Positions 61,053-64,000 of a stretch of 64,000 nucleotides of DNA are shown here, in pieces. The notes under the pieces were generated by a model that was not told the DNA's origin, searched no databases, and was given only the letters and a program-made list of their open reading frames with translations. Source of the DNA: an uncultured Armatimonadia bacterium (GTDB taxonomy: Bacteria > Armatimonadota > Zipacnadia > CAVVLO01); NCBI GenBank assembly GCA_963749155.1, contig CAVVLO010000003.1:352001-416000 (forward strand), in the 5' to 3' direction. Each line of letters begins with the position of its first letter. The first letter of the stretch is position 1. The position numbers and the translations under genes were made by a program.

Positions 61053-64000
61053 ATGCGCCTGCTGCTTCTGCTTCTGCTCCTTGTCGCAACCGTCAGCCTG
61101 GCTGATGTGAAGCGTATCCCGGAGGGCTTCCTCCTGACCTGTCCTCGCGGTGAGGCCCTGCTGTCGGGCTCTGACGGCAGCCTGCTTGAGCTGCGCGAGG
61201 CCGGCCGCGACTCGGTGCTGGCAAGTGGCGAAGACGGCCTCTGGAAGCTTCGCTTCGAAGATGGCCACACGCTTGCTGCGTCCGAATTCGGCGGGCCGAA
61301 GGCCAATCTCTCTTTCGAGGCAACAATTGATGAGGCGGCAGGCGCGCTGAGACTGGAATACCGAGGGCCCGAAGGTCAGGTGCGGGTGAGCCTTGTCCCC
61401 TATGCAAGAGGCTTCGAGCTAACTGGCGAAGTAGCCTTCCCCAGCGCGCCGGTACTCGATTTTCAGCTTCCTGCAAGACTGCGATTTGCGACTGAAGGGC
61501 TCCATCAAGTCGTCGTGCCCGAGGATGGCAATCAGGGCGTTGGCTATTCGTTGCTGCGGCAGTGGTTCGAGCGTCAGCCGCAAGAGCGCCCCTCTGCCTG
61601 GACCTCCGAGGTGAAGGGCGGCGAGGCTTATACCCGCCTTGTGGGCGAAGGGGTCGGGATGGGCCCAGTGCAGGACACGGCGGTACCCCTCACCGTCACT
61701 GACCAGGGCAAAGCGTGGCTTCCGGAGGCTACGGTCGCGCTGCTTGGGCGCTCGATGGCCCTCTCTAACCGGCCCTCGCCGCGCGGCAGAAGCGATGTCA
61801 TCCTGGTGGACTCGTCCAAAGGGCCCTGGTTTGCTGGTACTCAACTTGGAGGGACTGGCTGGCTCTGGCGACCGGGTGGCGGAGTCGGCGAAAACGAGGC
61901 GCCCTTGTTGCTTGCGACCGTTACAGGCGTGCTGGACAAGCTTTCGGAAGTCAATCCGCAGGCGCCCTTCCGCGTTGGGTTGATTTCACTTGAGAGAGGC
62001 CCCGAACAAGGCAGTTGGGCTTATACCAAAGTGGCTGAGTGGCAGCAGCAACTCACCCGCTGGCAGGGCCTCAAGGGTCGCCGAATCGAAATACGAGAGT
62101 TACAAGACCTTCCGGCCCTTCAGCAGGCGCTCGGGGAGGGCCAGTTGCAGGCGATAATCAATCCTTATGGCGAGTCGCTCCCTGCTTTCCCCGAAGAGCA
62201 GGGCGGCTTCGAGGCCACGATTGACGCTATCGCAAGCTACGTGAAGGCGGGTGGAAGCTGGTTCGAGACAGGTGGTTATCCCTTCTTCTCGGCAATGAAG
62301 CCCGTGCTCTACTATGGCCATCAGGTTAATTATCCGGCTGCCTTCAGCGATTTCTTCCACGTTGCGACGGAGCAAGGCCAGGTGGCCCTCTTCCGCGTGG
62401 CGCCGCGCACCTGGGATGCCTGGGCTGGGGCCGCGGACCCGACGAAGCTCTTCGTGCCCGGCAGGCTGGCCTTCGGCGCCGATGAGCAGGGAGGCTGGGC
62501 CGAGCATACCTTCTGCACCTGGGTGAAGGAGGGCGAGACCTGGCGCGCTCCCCTCGTGCATCTGCAGATTGGCCAGGGGGCAGAGCAAGCTCTGGAAGCC
62601 TACCGTGAGGCCAACGCGCTCACCGTGCCGCTGGCCGCCAAATTCGCTACTCCTGAGGCCTGTGACGCCTTCCGGAAGGCCGTTCTGCTCTATCTGGGAG
62701 GCACCGCAGAGGCCAAGACGGCGTATCTCGACAAGCTGCCTTCGCCCACCTACATCCATTTTGCCGACTATCTGAAGGGTGGCTTCGACAAACAGTATCC
62801 CGACCATCTCCCACCGGCGTCCAATTTCGGCACCAGCGAGCAGTTCCACGCCTTGTTCGACCGCGCGCATGAGCTGGGCCATCTGGTCGTGCCCTATACC
62901 AACCCCACCTGGTGGTGCGACCATCCGAAAGGCCCGACCTTTGAGGCGGCAGGCGAGGAGCCACTGCTCAAGCACCGGGATGGGACGGCAAATTATGAGC
63001 GTTACGCCGCCAATGATGGCTGGACGATTACCTTCTGGCACCCGGCGGTGCAGGCGGCTAACCGCAAGACACGCAGCCAGTTCTCCGAGGATTACAGCGT
63101 AGATGTCCTGTTCCAGGACCAGTGCGGGGCGCGCGGCTGGCAGTATGACTTCAATCCGGCCTCTCCCACCCCCGCAGCCTACAGCGATGGGCTTATCTCG
63201 TTGGTGCAGGAAGACAGCAAAGTGCGGCCCCTTTCTACCGAAGCTGGCTGGGATGGGGTCCTCAACTATGAAGCGCAACTGTGCGGGCTGTCCTGGAGCC
63301 TGGTCCCTACCGCAGGCGGGCCCGAATGGCGCACCTTGAAACACAACCAATGGGCCCCTGAAACCTGGCGAGTCTACCCCCTTGCCCAGCGCGTGGCCCA
63401 TCAGGGCGCGGCGATGCTGTACCACGACCTGGGGCAGTTCGTGACGAACGATGAGACCCTAGCCTGGACGCTGGGACTGGGCTTCTCGCTGAGTTACAGG
63501 CTTCAGGCTGCTGAACGCGAGTCTGACGCGCCTCTTGAATGGCTGCGCTGGCTGGACAGGCTTCAGAAATCCGTCATCGCCCGCTATGTTGGCGAGGCGG
63601 TCGGCAGTTTCGAGCATGACAGAACAGCGGCCCTTACGCCTGCCGATGATGGAATCCTCCGGGCAACCTACGGCCCTGTCGAAGTTATCGCCAACCTCGG
63701 CCCCGCGCCCTATGAGGCGGAAGGCTTCACTCTGGCCGGTAAGGGCTTCCTTGTGAAAGGACCAGGCGTCTTCGCCGCCAACCTGGCTACCGATGACGAG
63801 ACAGGCCTTTCCTTCCTCTGGGAGAAGGAGGCCAAAGCCACTCGGCTTTGGGTTTACGAGGCCGAAGGGCGACAGGTGGAGGTGCTCCTGCCCGAGTGGG
63901 CGCCTCCGGCCCGCAGCCTGCTGGACGATGAGGATCGCGAATTGGCAAAAGCAGTGGGCCGGACGCTGACTTTCAATTTGCCAACAGCACCTGGCGCCAG
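61053..64000 (+). CDS. Large secreted putative glycoside hydrolase (DUF6259/GH36-like TIM barrel); runs off the window edge
   Basis: Not in the ORF track, consistent with no stop. ATG 61053 after GGAGGG, signal peptide MRLLLLLLLLVATVSLA. Same frame gives HFADYLKGGFDKQYPDHLP...AHELGHLVVPYTNPTWW...VLFQDQ. Confidence 0.65.
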   Translation, partial: MRLLLLLLLLVATVSLADVKRIPEGFLLTCPRGEALLSGSDGSLLELREAGRDSVLASGEDGLWKLRFEDGHTLAASEFGGPKANLSFEATIDEAAGALRLEYRGPEGQVRVSLVPYARGFELTGEVAFPSAPVLDFQLPARLRFATEGLHQVVVPEDGNQGVGYSLLRQWFERQPQERPSAWTSEVKGGEAYTRLVGEGVGMGPVQDTAVPLTVTDQGKAWLPEATVALLGRSMALSNRPSPRGRSDVILVDSSKGPWFAGTQLGGTGWLWRPGGGVGENEAPLLLATVTGVLDKLSEVNPQAPFRVGLISLERGPEQGSWAYTKVAEWQQQLTRWQGLKGRRIEIRELQDLPALQQALGEGQLQAIINPYGESLPAFPEEQGGFEATIDAIASYVKAGGSWFETGGYPFFSAMKPVLYYGHQVNYPAAFSDFFHVATEQGQVALFRVAPRTWDAWAGAADPTKLFVPGRLAFGADEQGGWAEHTFCTWVKEGETWRAPLVHLQIGQGAEQALEAYREANALTVPLAAKFATPEACDAFRKAVLLYLGGTAEAKTAYLDKLPSPTYIHFADYLKGGFDKQYPDHLPPASNFGTSEQFHALFDRAHELGHLVVPYTNPTWWCDHPKGPTFEAAGEEPLLKHRDGTANYERYAANDGWTITFWHPAVQAANRKTRSQFSEDYSVDVLFQDQCGARGWQYDFNPASPTPAAYSDGLISLVQEDSKVRPLSTEAGWDGVLNYEAQLCGLSWSLVPTAGGPEWRTLKHNQWAPETWRVYPLAQRVAHQGAAMLYHDLGQFVTNDETLAWTLGLGFSLSYRLQAAERESDAPLEWLRWLDRLQKSVIARYVGEAVGSFEHDRTAALTPADDGILRATYGPVEVIANLGPAPYEAEGFTLAGKGFLVKGPGVFAANLATDDETGLSFLWEKEAKATRLWVYEAEGRQVEVLLPEWAPPARSLLDDEDRELAKAVGRTLTFNLPTAPGA

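Noticed and set aside
62100..63425. 441-aa minus-strand ORF
   Set aside because: Shadow of the plus-strand gene starting at 61053, which the ORF track missed.

Overview
A gene-dense, GC-rich bacterial chromosomal segment, most likely Armatimonadota-like (inferred from four '[33 protein letters not shown]' DUF1559/H-X9-DG prepilin-type genes and many secreted glycoside-hydrolase-like genes). About half of the genes carry single-base frameshifts, which is best explained by long-read consensus errors; these genes were re-joined by hand. Most of the window is carbohydrate scavenging: GH2, GH4, GH42-like, GH99-like, GH110-like, GH129/DUF5696-like and GxGYxYP genes, a sugar ABC transporter and ADP-ribosylglycohydrolases, plus two URO-D-family methyltransferases, a PocR histidine kinase, an ABC-F and a cyclophilin. 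The stand-out is a compact four-gene minus-strand operon (6534-14888): a 2TM channel-like RCK-RCK-RyR protein, a degenerate PfkB-fold/P-loop ATPase/RyR protein, a stand-alone SLOG protein and a DUF4062(TIR-like)-NACHT-TPR STAND protein. It is a candidate nucleotide-signalling immunity or conflict system built around ryanodine-receptor domains. Also found: a recurrent GCAGGA-N17-GAAT (sigmaH-like) promoter motif at about 11 intergenic sites, a leader peptide/attenuator upstream of the ABC-F, and a sigma54 motif followed by a ~140-nt hairpin upstream of a small YjzC-like Lys-rich protein. No rRNA, tRNA, CRISPR array or transposase was recognised. All family assignments come from motif recognition by eye; no database searches were run.
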